25,032 bases of DNA from IMG/VR virus record IMGVR_UViG_3300005805_000454, positions 1-25,032 of that record; one strand, 5' to 3'. Under the pieces are notes generated by a model that was given only the letters and a program-made list of their open reading frames with translations, was not told the origin of the DNA and did no database searches. A program made the translations under genes and the position numbers. This document shows positions 7,638 through 15,377 of the stretch, one piece after another. Each line of letters starts with the position of its first letter. The first letter of the stretch is position 1. Source of the stretch: a virus. Taxonomy: Duplodnaviria > Caudoviricetes.

Positions 7638-7996
7638 TCCTCATCCCTCCGGGAGGTGCGCAGCGCAACCGTCACCGGCCCTGCCGCGAGGTGGTGGTCA
7701 TCGGCAGCGACACTGCCCGGCGCCACCATCAGGCAGTCGTAGCGGTAGGTCTTGCCCACCCGCAGGCTGTTCACGGTTGCCTCCGGTAGGATCAGGCGCA
7801 CCACGCCGGTGGCGGCGTTGGCGTCCACCGTCACCGGGAGCACCGTTCGACCCTTCTCATCGCTCACCGTGGCGTTCACGTCCCAGCCGGTGAACGGCCA
7901 GGCCACCGTGCCGGCGGTGTCCGAAAACAGCCAAAGCTCAAGCAGCGCGTCAACGCCCTGCTCCATCGGCCAGGTTTCGCCCTCCACCCATGCCAC
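7634..7996 (-). CDS. Small fibre-associated structural protein (BppU N-terminal-like)
   Basis: QG.D..L.L......PFTGW...ATV....G.V.L.L....T..L.....YRYD pattern. Overlaps the fibre start. Confidence 0.75.
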   Translation of the reverse strand: MAWVEGETWPMEQGVDALLELWLFSDTAGTVAWPFTGWDVNATVSDEKGRTVLPVTVDANAATGVVRLILPEATVNSLRVGKTYRYDCLMVAPGSVAADDHHLAAGPVTVALRTSRRDEE

Positions 7997-7999
7997 GGA

Positions 8000-8167
8000 T
8001 CAGGCTCCTGCTGCTGGCTCAGTTTTCCGGCGCTTTGGTGCCACCACCGCAGTGGAGGCTTTCACGGGCTCCGGAGTCGGTTCAGCCACTGCCGCAGGCG
8101 CAGACCCTGGCCCCATCACCTGCAGCATCTGCTCCAGGGTTATTCCGGGCACCATCGAGAAGCTCAT
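8000..8167 (-). CDS. Small hypothetical protein (55 aa, not in ORF track)
   Basis: Hand-translated MSFSMVPGITLEQMLQVMGPGSAPAAVAEPTPEPVKASTAVVAPKRRKTEPAAGA*. Fills the gap and ends 3 nt before the next start. Confidence 0.65.
   Translation of the reverse strand: MSFSMVPGITLEQMLQVMGPGSAPAAVAEPTPEPVKASTAVVAPKRRKTEPAAGA
8021..8028 (-). promoter_or_regulatory. Phage promoter-like motif GGAAAACT
   Basis: GGAAAACT-GAGCC-A, 24 nt upstream of GTG 7996 and inside the upstream ORF. Confidence 0.6.
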
Positions 8168-8190
8168 CGTTCAGTCCTGAGATATGGGAA

Positions 8191-8222
8191 GGCCCCCGCA
8201 GAGCCAGAAACTCGCGGGGGCC
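8191..8222 (-). terminator. Hairpin after the capsid cluster (terminator or mRNA stabiliser)
   Basis: 9-bp stem GGCCCCCGC/GCGGGGGCC plus GAG/CTC, 13 nt after the stop at 8236. Only a weak U tail. Confidence 0.55.
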
Positions 8223-8235
8223 GGGTCGTCGGTGA

Positions 8236-8721
8236 TCAGGCGTACTGGAGGCTGATCGTGTTGGTCCCAACGGGAACCAGCACGCCATTACCAGCGACCT
8301 GCCCGGTCTTGGTGCCGGCGGTGGCGCGGATGGCCACCACGCGGATGTCGCCAGTGAGATCGGTTGCGGGCTGGGTGCGGACCAGCTCGCGAACGGTGGC
8401 GCCGCTCAGCGGGATCTCGGTGACCCCGGGCGAGCAGATCGCGGTGGCGATCGGCGTCCAGTCGGAAGCCGATGCCAGCGCAGCGCCTTCGGCCACGTGC
8501 GCGGCCTCGATGATGTAACCGCCGGCGGCATCAGCGGACTGGCCGTTGACCACCACCTTGAACACATCCTGGGCCTCCAGGCGGGTGTTCAGCAGCCGGG
8601 CAGCACCGGTGCGGATCTCAGCGGCGCGGCCACGAGCGCCAGCGGCGACGGCGCCCACCAGGACGGTGGCGGCGTCGATCGTGTAGCCCCTTCGGGGGGC
8701 GAGTCCAGTAGAGCGAGCCAT
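8236..8721 (-). CDS. Putative capsid decoration / minor head protein
   Basis: 161 aa, beta-rich, immediately downstream of the major capsid gene. Function inferred from position only. Confidence 0.65.
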   Translation of the reverse strand: MARSTGLAPRRGYTIDAATVLVGAVAAGARGRAAEIRTGAARLLNTRLEAQDVFKVVVNGQSADAAGGYIIEAAHVAEGAALASASDWTPIATAICSPGVTEIPLSGATVRELVRTQPATDLTGDIRVVAIRATAGTKTGQVAGNGVLVPVGTNTISLQYA

Positions 8722-8752
8722 GTCAGGGCCTCAGATGTGAATGTGAACTGGA

Positions 8753-9676
8753 TCAGGCCACCACGGCCGCGTCGGTCACGCCGTAGAGGCGAGCGGCGGA
8801 TCGGCCGTTGTAAACAGCCATGCCGCAGTACCACTCGATCCGGGTGCGATCGACGGGGGCATCGTCCACCTCGCCCATGGGGCGAACCGAGATACCGAAC
8901 TGCCCGCGGCACCGGCCTTGGATGGCGGTGGTGAGCAGATCACCCATGGCCACGCAGTAGATCGACGTGGTGGAGCTGGTTTCGTTGAACGGCTGGATCT
9001 GCACGTTCTGCGCGTTGGTGTCGGTCACGATGATCGGCACATCGCCGTACTGCGTCACCCGACGGCCGAAGCTGTCGAGTTCGTAGTTGATGAATCCGCC
9101 GATCGTGGTGGCACGGCTGGCGGTGTTCAGCCGGCGGCGCATCTTCTTGTTCATGACCAGCACCTTCTGGCCGCCAACGGCGTCCACGGCGTCGATCAGT
9201 TCATCCAGCGCAGACAGCGACAGCGCTCCGTTGTTCATGTTGATCGCCTGGGAGCTGCCGGCATTGATCCGACGCTTGAGGCCATCAAACTCGCGGGGGT
9301 TGGCCGATTCATCGCCGTTGATGAAACGATCCTCGAAAGTCATGCGCATCGAGGCGACCTTCATCCGCACCTGATCGCCGACCACATCGGGCCCGCGCAT
9401 GTCGATGATGGAGGTGTCAACATCCACCTCAGCGCCCAGCACCTTCAGCCGCTCAGACTGGGGGTTGAGCACGCCGTAGGAGGCGTCGAGGGTTTCGTTG
9501 ATGCCGCGGAAGCCGACCGACGGAAGCTCCTGCTCCACGTCGTAGAACACGCCCTCGCCTTCCACGTCCTGGAAGGGGATACGTGCCATCAGCTCGCCTT
9601 CGGCGAGTTCACGGATTACAGCGAGGCGGGCCGGATCGCGTTCGGATTTGGCCGCCTCCAGAAGGGTCAGGCCCAT
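8753..9676 (-). CDS. Major capsid protein
   Basis: 307 aa: MGLTLLEAAK, LPSVGFRGINE, LGAEVDVD, FINGD.....EFDGLKRR, LDELID, RTRIEWYCG.A.....SAARL.GV. Confidence 0.9.
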   Translation of the reverse strand: MGLTLLEAAKSERDPARLAVIRELAEGELMARIPFQDVEGEGVFYDVEQELPSVGFRGINETLDASYGVLNPQSERLKVLGAEVDVDTSIIDMRGPDVVGDQVRMKVASMRMTFEDRFINGDESANPREFDGLKRRINAGSSQAINMNNGALSLSALDELIDAVDAVGGQKVLVMNKKMRRRLNTASRATTIGGFINYELDSFGRRVTQYGDVPIIVTDTNAQNVQIQPFNETSSTTSIYCVAMGDLLTTAIQGRCRGQFGISVRPMGEVDDAPVDRTRIEWYCGMAVYNGRSAARLYGVTDAAVVA

Positions 9677-9695
9677 TGGAAGTTCTCGGGATAGG

Positions 9696-9762
9696 GGGTC
9701 TGCTGAGGCATCACGCCTGGTGGGGTTGGCATCACGCCATCCCTGCTGCGCTCAGCAGACCC
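9696..9762 (-). other. Structured RNA element in the scaffold-capsid intergenic leader
   Basis: Perfect 12-bp inverted repeat (9696-9707/9751-9762) around two GGCGTGATGCC hairpins (9707-9717, 9728-9738). Confidence 0.75.
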
Positions 9763-9769
9763 GCCCCGC

Positions 9770-10573
9770 TTAAGCCGTTTTCCTCCGGCTGCCGAAGTTC
9801 TCCCGGAAGAGCTGACTGTTCGGCACCTTCGAGAGGTCCTCGGTGGTGTTCAGCCGCCCATCGCGACCACTACGGCCACCAGAACCGGAGCCGTATTCCG
9901 GTTTGAAGTGCACGCCATGAACAGGGTCCTTGCGGAGCTTGACAAACAGCTCGCCAGGGGTGACACGTTTGCCTGTTTCGGGGTCCAGTCGGGGGGAGCC
10001 ATCGGGCTCCGTAAGGAACATGCCCGACTTGTCCTCGGCGATCTGATCGCCGTAGGCGCTCCAAATCGCGTCGAAGTGAGCCCTGCCATCAATGGGCGAT
10101 GCCTCCGCGAGGCCATCTTTTGCCAGGAACTCCCGCTCGGCCTTGATCCGCAGGGCCTCGCGCTCGGCGGCGGTCTTGGCAGCTTGGAGATCACCGGTCA
10201 CCCGAGCTAGCTGATCGTCGTACTTCCGCTGCAGCTCCTGACGCTGCAGGGCGGACTGCTGCTCGATCAGCTGTCGCTGCTGCTCGGCGGCCTCAGCCTT
10301 GGCCTGGGCCTCGGCCACCAGCTGGGGGTTCACCTGGCCGACTTCGCGGAGCTGGGCTTCGAGCTGGCGGGCGCGGGCACGCTCAGCCCGCAGCGCCTTC
10401 ATCAGGCCATCGTTGTCGCCGGCGCCGTCGCCGGAGTCGCCCTGCTCACCACCAGCAGGGGGGTCAGCCGGGGGAGTGCCGCCGCCGCCGTCAGGCTCGC
10501 CGGATGGGGTTGGATCGACGCAGTGGAACAGTTCCCAGTCGATGACGGGGAGGAGGTGGGTGCGAAAACGCAT
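9770..10573 (-). CDS. Capsid scaffolding protein
   Basis: Low-complexity N-terminus, KALRAER coiled coil, HFKPEYGSGSGG C-terminal motif. Directly upstream of the capsid gene. Confidence 0.85.
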   Translation of the reverse strand: MRFRTHLLPVIDWELFHCVDPTPSGEPDGGGGTPPADPPAGGEQGDSGDGAGDNDGLMKALRAERARARQLEAQLREVGQVNPQLVAEAQAKAEAAEQQRQLIEQQSALQRQELQRKYDDQLARVTGDLQAAKTAAEREALRIKAEREFLAKDGLAEASPIDGRAHFDAIWSAYGDQIAEDKSGMFLTEPDGSPRLDPETGKRVTPGELFVKLRKDPVHGVHFKPEYGSGSGGRSGRDGRLNTTEDLSKVPNSQLFRENFGSRRKTA

Positions 10574-10580
10574 CGTGGCA

Positions 10581-10730
10581 TCACGCCGTAGTGCGCTTCA
10601 GCTTTCCGATCGCCTTCGCCTCGGCCCTGGCCTCCGCCTCACGGCGCTGCAGGCGAGCGCGATTGGCCAACGCAGCGAGGCTGGCGACCTCTATCAGGGC
10701 CGGCGTGGTGGGCTTGGTGGGGGTGTTCAT
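10581..10730 (-). CDS. Small helical protein (49 aa, not in ORF track)
   Basis: Hand-translated MNTPTKPTTPALIEVASLAALANRARLQRREAEARAEAKAIGKLKRTTA*. ATGA overlap with the upstream stop at 10727-10730. Confidence 0.7.
   Translation of the reverse strand: MNTPTKPTTPALIEVASLAALANRARLQRREAEARAEAKAIGKLKRTTA
10600..10607 (-). promoter_or_regulatory. Phage promoter-like motif GGAAAGCT
   Basis: GGAAAGCT-GAAGC, 26 nt upstream of scaffold ATG 10573. Confidence 0.7.
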
Positions 10731-12010
10731 GCGAACGAGCCGAGGGAGGTTGGTGGAGTGAAGTTGCCGGTGTAGAGCGCTCGATCGGTCAGCCGGATTC
10801 CGTATAGGCGAGATGGGCCGCTAAAACTGGAGCTGTTGATGGCGTCTAATTCGTCGTCAACATAAAAAACCGATGAATCGTCGTTAAGGGTTAAAATAAA
10901 ATCAAGCACCTTGAACGAAAGTAGGTTTTGAGCATCAGCGGTTTGCCATTCTACGACTTTAGTACCTTCAACATATACAGCCGTACCGGCTTCGGTGAAA
11001 ACCGCACAAACATGGATTTTTTTACCTCCCATATTGCTGTCGTAGAATTCTTCAACAAACTCACTGCCCTGGTCGTCGTTCTGGTAGTAACTGAAAACGC
11101 GAAGCCCTTCCTGAGCGCTGCCAATGGGATACGGGCCCTGGTCGACTACAAGGGCAAACTGAGTTAAGAAGCCAGCAAAAGAACCGGTTGGAGCGTATCC
11201 GGTTAAAGTGATATTTAATGCCGATGAGCCCGTCTGGTCTGGATATTCTCCATTTACGCTATTAAGCCTTGACCCTAATTTTACAATGGCTTCAATCGTC
11301 ATAGCCTTAGGTGATCGCGTGATCCCATTGACCGGCAGCAAGCTCGGACGGTAAAGAAGGTCGCCATTTTCGTAGGTGTAATCAAAATTCACCCCCTGCC
11401 CTACAACCGTGCTTACGGTCAATGCCGCTGATTTTACCTCGGCGTAGCCAATTGAAACGTTGGGGGTTGTATACTCATAAACATCGCTGTAATAGGAGTT
11501 GTCACTGTAATTTGGAATGTCAAATTCATAACTGTAGATTTCGTCCGAAATGAATTCGTTGATTCCGTAGGATGTTGCTGCAAAAAATGTATTATTGTAT
11601 CCACGTACTCCCCCAATGGCGACCCCTACATTCCCGTTTTGGCTTGTCCAAGGAATTGTGCTTTCACCATCTACAGCCTCAATCAACCTGTTAAATCCGT
11701 ACCTACCGTTTGATGCAGTCAGGGGCTGCGTCGCGTTCATGTAAAAACCAAGCCCGCCGAAGCGCGGTGCAAACGGCAATCGTGGAGGCTCGAACTCCGG
11801 CACCGCGCCGCGCCACGGATCGGTCCCTGGCCGGCTGCGCCAGATCGGCGAGTCTGGTCGGCCCTCCTCGCGGCCGGCGGTCGCCTGCACGCGCCGAACG
11901 AGCCATCCTTCGCGATTCCGCTCATCCAGCCGCCGCCGGTTGGCCGCCTGCAGGGATCGGGAGACCTCCAGCAGCTCAGAGGGCAGCGCGAAGCGAAGCC
12001 TGCTGGCCAT
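10727..12010 (-). CDS. Putative receptor-binding tail protein with LamG/concanavalin-like C-terminus
   Basis: TIEAIVK...IHVCAVF.......YVEG...GIRLTDRALYTGNFTPP. GC-rich N-terminus and AT-richer body. Confidence 0.75.
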   Translation of the reverse strand: MASRLRFALPSELLEVSRSLQAANRRRLDERNREGWLVRRVQATAGREEGRPDSPIWRSRPGTDPWRGAVPEFEPPRLPFAPRFGGLGFYMNATQPLTASNGRYGFNRLIEAVDGESTIPWTSQNGNVGVAIGGVRGYNNTFFAATSYGINEFISDEIYSYEFDIPNYSDNSYYSDVYEYTTPNVSIGYAEVKSAALTVSTVVGQGVNFDYTYENGDLLYRPSLLPVNGITRSPKAMTIEAIVKLGSRLNSVNGEYPDQTGSSALNITLTGYAPTGSFAGFLTQFALVVDQGPYPIGSAQEGLRVFSYYQNDDQGSEFVEEFYDSNMGGKKIHVCAVFTEAGTAVYVEGTKVVEWQTADAQNLLSFKVLDFILTLNDDSSVFYVDDELDAINSSSFSGPSRLYGIRLTDRALYTGNFTPPTSLGSFA

Positions 12011-12465
12011 CAGGCGATCGTGGTCACGTCATCCACCAGCAGGAACAGGTCGTAGGAGCGCGGCTCGCCTGGGCTCAGCGCAATGGACGGTGACTCCGTG
12101 TAGACACCTGAGACGTGGGTGTCCCAGGTGGTCACATTGTTTGAGACGGTGCCGCCCACCAGGTACACGGTGTCGAAGGTGAGCCCCAGGCCATCGGCGT
12201 CAGCCTGAAACGTGGTCAGATTGTTCGGCGACAGGAACTGGCCGGCGCCGTCGTCGTAGGAGCCAGCCGGCAGGGTCCAGATGACCCGTTCGTATCCATC
12301 GGCGGCCTGTGCAGTGATCTCCGCCGCGTCCCATTGCGCCGTGGTGGAGTTAATCGTCAGCGATCCGGTATTCGTCGCCAGGCACGCCCGAATGACGCGC
12401 CCCTGATAGGCAGCGCTGTAGACGCGGCCAAGTTCGGCGTTTGACCATTGAAATGAAGTGGTCAT
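12010..12465 (-). CDS. Tail tip structural protein (hypothetical)
   Basis: 151 aa, beta-rich, TGATG coupling with the next gene, own promoter motif. Confidence 0.75.
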   Translation of the reverse strand: MTTSFQWSNAELGRVYSAAYQGRVIRACLATNTGSLTINSTTAQWDAAEITAQAADGYERVIWTLPAGSYDDGAGQFLSPNNLTTFQADADGLGLTFDTVYLVGGTVSNNVTTWDTHVSGVYTESPSIALSPGEPRSYDLFLLVDDVTTIA

Positions 12466-12491
12466 TGCACGGCACAGGCAGCCATCGGCTC

Positions 12492-12499
12492 AGCTTTCC
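12492..12499 (-). promoter_or_regulatory. Phage promoter-like motif GGAAAGCT
   Basis: GGAAAGCT-GAGCC, 26 nt upstream of ATG 12465. Confidence 0.7.
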
Positions 12500-12504
12500 G
12501 CCGA

Positions 12505-14625
12505 CTACGCGGCAACCTGAATCCCCGCCCCCACCCGCACGCCGCCGCCGATCACCACCGTCGTCGGCAGCCACCGCTGCACCGTGAACCTGGCGCCGAC
12601 CTGCACGCCTCCCCGCAGGGAGATGGTTTCGTGGAACGGCCGCACCACCACGGATGGATTGATCGTCGCCCGCGGCACCGCCGGCACCCCGGAGGGCAGC
12701 GCGGCAAACAGGGTCGCGAGGTTCGGCGCCTGCGGGTTGAACCCGGCGGGAATCGCCATGGCATTCGCCGGCAGCGGGTTGGCGTTGGTGGTCACCGCCG
12801 CAGTCGCGGGCAGGCTGGTGGCCCCGGGGGGCAGGGGGAACCAGGCGGCGTCGACGGTGCCATCGATCGCGCCCCAGAACAGCACATCGCTCGTCACCAC
12901 CACCCCGGACGGGCTGATCGTCCATGTGGTTCCGTTCATCCGGCAGGCGGCCGTGCAGCCACCCATGCGCACGTAGAGCAGGTCGAACGGCGCGGGCGGC
13001 GCGTCGATCGGCAGCAACTGGAGGCCCACCCCGGAGCGGTTAGCCAGCAGCAGGCGGTTCTCGATCCGCGCGTAAGCTGCCGATCGCTGCTCCGCGTCAG
13101 ACGGCACCACCACGTAAGTGCCGTTCTGGGTGATGATCCGGTCGTCGCTCACGTAGGGCGGACTGAGCTCCAGGGTGGTTTGCGCCGCTGGCGAGCCGAT
13201 CGCCCAGGTGATCGCAGCCTGCTGCTCCACTGTCGGGGCCTTGCCATCGGCCAGGCGGTTTCGCGCCTGCTGGCTGGGTCGTTTCTGCAGGCCGAACTCC
13301 CGCTCGGTGCGGATCCTGGTGGAACTCCCGTAGGAGGTGAGCCGGCGGGCGTCCACCATGATGTTCTGGAAGGTCTCGGTGCCCTGATCGCGCAGCTTGG
13401 CGATGGCATCAGCGCCGAAGGGGGTATTGATGTAGAGAACCTGCTGATAGGTTTTCGTCTGTGTGATGCCTGACGATGTTTCCTTGTCGTAGATCGTGGC
13501 GCGCGTCAGACTGACGCCGCTTCCCATCCTGAAATCAACGGCAGGTCCGGTCTTGCCGCACGCTGCAGCAATGTCGCCGATCGGCGTCCACTCGGTATAG
13601 TCCTCTCGCCGTACTCGGCTGGTATCTTCGCCGGAGGGCGAGGTGCCAACACCGCTGGCGTACGAAAACACGGTTTCCGTGTAACGGTTTCCGTTGAGCT
13701 GATTGGAGTACTCCCGACGCTTAATTACCCTGTCAAGTCCGTCGTAGGTGGTTTGCGTTATCTGAACATCGTTATACGTGATCATCTCCTTAACACTTAC
13801 GCCTTGTGCGTTGGTGTATGTGTTGATTGATTGAATCGCCCCGCCGTTCACCTGCTCCCGCTCCCAGTTCCGGAGCTGCACGGCTTTTTCGTTGTCGATC
13901 GTCTCCGGATCCGGTGCCACCAGGCGGAGCCGGGTGAATCGCGCATACACCGATTCGGCCGGCAGCTCACCGACCGTTTGCGGCGTGAGGTCGATGATCT
14001 CCTTCTGCGTTACCAGCGGGCCGGCGGTGATCTCCTGGTCCTTGCTGACAAACGCCACCTGCCCGGCTTCGTTGATTCGGGCGAAGTACCCCTCAGACTG
14101 CGCAATCCGGCCCAGCTCCTCCACGTAGCCGGCCGACAGATCCCATTCATCCACCACGCGGGTGGTGGTGAACGGAATCGAGCCCGCGGCGGTCAGGCCC
14201 AGGGTGCTCAGGATCTGCCCCACCACGAACGATGCGGAGATCGACTGCGCTGCGGTGCGGCGCTCCAGGTCGCTCAGGTCTGGATTCGCCTCCTCGTTGG
14301 TGATGTTCGTCACCGCTGGTTTGCGGTCCTCGAAGTACGCCAGCGAGCACCCGACGCTGACGGTGGTGACACCCCGCAGCGGATCGGCGAACGAAGCCAG
14401 CACCCGCAGGCGCCGCGGCAGCCGGGCGATCCACCGCTGCCCATCGCTGTAGGCCAGGGCCACCTCAGAGCCCGGTGTCGGCCGATAGATCCCCTTCAGG
14501 TTGACGGTGCCGGTGACCTTCACGTACCCGGCGCCCTGCACGTGGGTGTCGGCGATCGTCGACGGCTCCGGAGCCAGCGGGCCGAGGCTGCACCAGGCCC
14601 AGTGTCGGGTGTCGAGGTTGATCAT
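12505..14625 (-). CDS. Large tail tip / baseplate hub-like protein
   Basis: Start MINLDTRH at 14625 chosen from the ATGA overlap with the upstream stop. Second gene after the tape measure. Function inferred from position. Confidence 0.75.
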   Translation of the reverse strand: MINLDTRHWAWCSLGPLAPEPSTIADTHVQGAGYVKVTGTVNLKGIYRPTPGSEVALAYSDGQRWIARLPRRLRVLASFADPLRGVTTVSVGCSLAYFEDRKPAVTNITNEEANPDLSDLERRTAAQSISASFVVGQILSTLGLTAAGSIPFTTTRVVDEWDLSAGYVEELGRIAQSEGYFARINEAGQVAFVSKDQEITAGPLVTQKEIIDLTPQTVGELPAESVYARFTRLRLVAPDPETIDNEKAVQLRNWEREQVNGGAIQSINTYTNAQGVSVKEMITYNDVQITQTTYDGLDRVIKRREYSNQLNGNRYTETVFSYASGVGTSPSGEDTSRVRREDYTEWTPIGDIAAACGKTGPAVDFRMGSGVSLTRATIYDKETSSGITQTKTYQQVLYINTPFGADAIAKLRDQGTETFQNIMVDARRLTSYGSSTRIRTEREFGLQKRPSQQARNRLADGKAPTVEQQAAITWAIGSPAAQTTLELSPPYVSDDRIITQNGTYVVVPSDAEQRSAAYARIENRLLLANRSGVGLQLLPIDAPPAPFDLLYVRMGGCTAACRMNGTTWTISPSGVVVTSDVLFWGAIDGTVDAAWFPLPPGATSLPATAAVTTNANPLPANAMAIPAGFNPQAPNLATLFAALPSGVPAVPRATINPSVVVRPFHETISLRGGVQVGARFTVQRWLPTTVVIGGGVRVGAGIQVAA

Positions 14626-15374
14626 CCGCGGATCTTCGCCACCTTGAAATTCACGTCGTAGGCCACCGCCAGCGTCCCGCCGTTGGGCCTGGCGCGGGCG
14701 ACCGGGATGGTCCACGCGACCGGGAACCAGTCACCAGCCGATGGCGTGGCGGCCACGGTGGTTTTCAGCCAGCTCTCCAGCGTGGTCAGGTGCGCCGCCG
14801 TGACCCAGCCCTGCACCTCGCGGGTCTCCACCACCGCCAACGAACCGGAGATCACGTGCGCCCCGGCAGGGTTGAGCTCCGCCTGCGGCAGGCCATCGAA
14901 GCTGTCGGGTCTGGCCGTCAGGTTCACGGTGGCCCCGCCGAACGTGAGAGTGCCGAGGCTCAGGCCAGCCTCCACCTCCAGGCCCTCCTCCGCCTCCCGC
15001 AGCAGCACCGCCAGGGCCTGGTTGGCATCCACCACCGACACCGAGACGCGGGTGTAGGCGCCGACCTGCTCCAGTGTCGGGGCCTCGCGGAACCATGCAG
15101 CGCGGGACGACCAGGAGAACCCGGGGCCGGAATCGCTGACGGTGACGGTGGCGCCAACGGATCCAGTGCGCTCCGGGGCCTCCTGCGGCAGGCGGGCGTC
15201 GCGCCAGGCGCGATAGATCCCCACCAGGGTGTTCGGCTCAGCGCCGCGGAGCAGGCCGGTGAGGGTCAAGGCCTCAGCGGTGCGCCCCCGGCGTGCGTCG
15301 CCCTCGAACGACAGCGGGTGACCGGTCAGGTTCGGGAAGTTGAAGGTCGCCCCGGAATAGGAAAGCGTCGCCAT
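14622..15374 (-). CDS. Distal tail-like protein
   Basis: 250 aa, directly after the tape measure, with two similar halves (LSYSGATFNFPNLT / LTFGGATVNLT). Confidence 0.7.
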   Translation of the reverse strand: MATLSYSGATFNFPNLTGHPLSFEGDARRGRTAEALTLTGLLRGAEPNTLVGIYRAWRDARLPQEAPERTGSVGATVTVSDSGPGFSWSSRAAWFREAPTLEQVGAYTRVSVSVVDANQALAVLLREAEEGLEVEAGLSLGTLTFGGATVNLTARPDSFDGLPQAELNPAGAHVISGSLAVVETREVQGWVTAAHLTTLESWLKTTVAATPSAGDWFPVAWTIPVARARPNGGTLAVAYDVNFKVAKIRG

Positions 15375-15377
15375 CGC

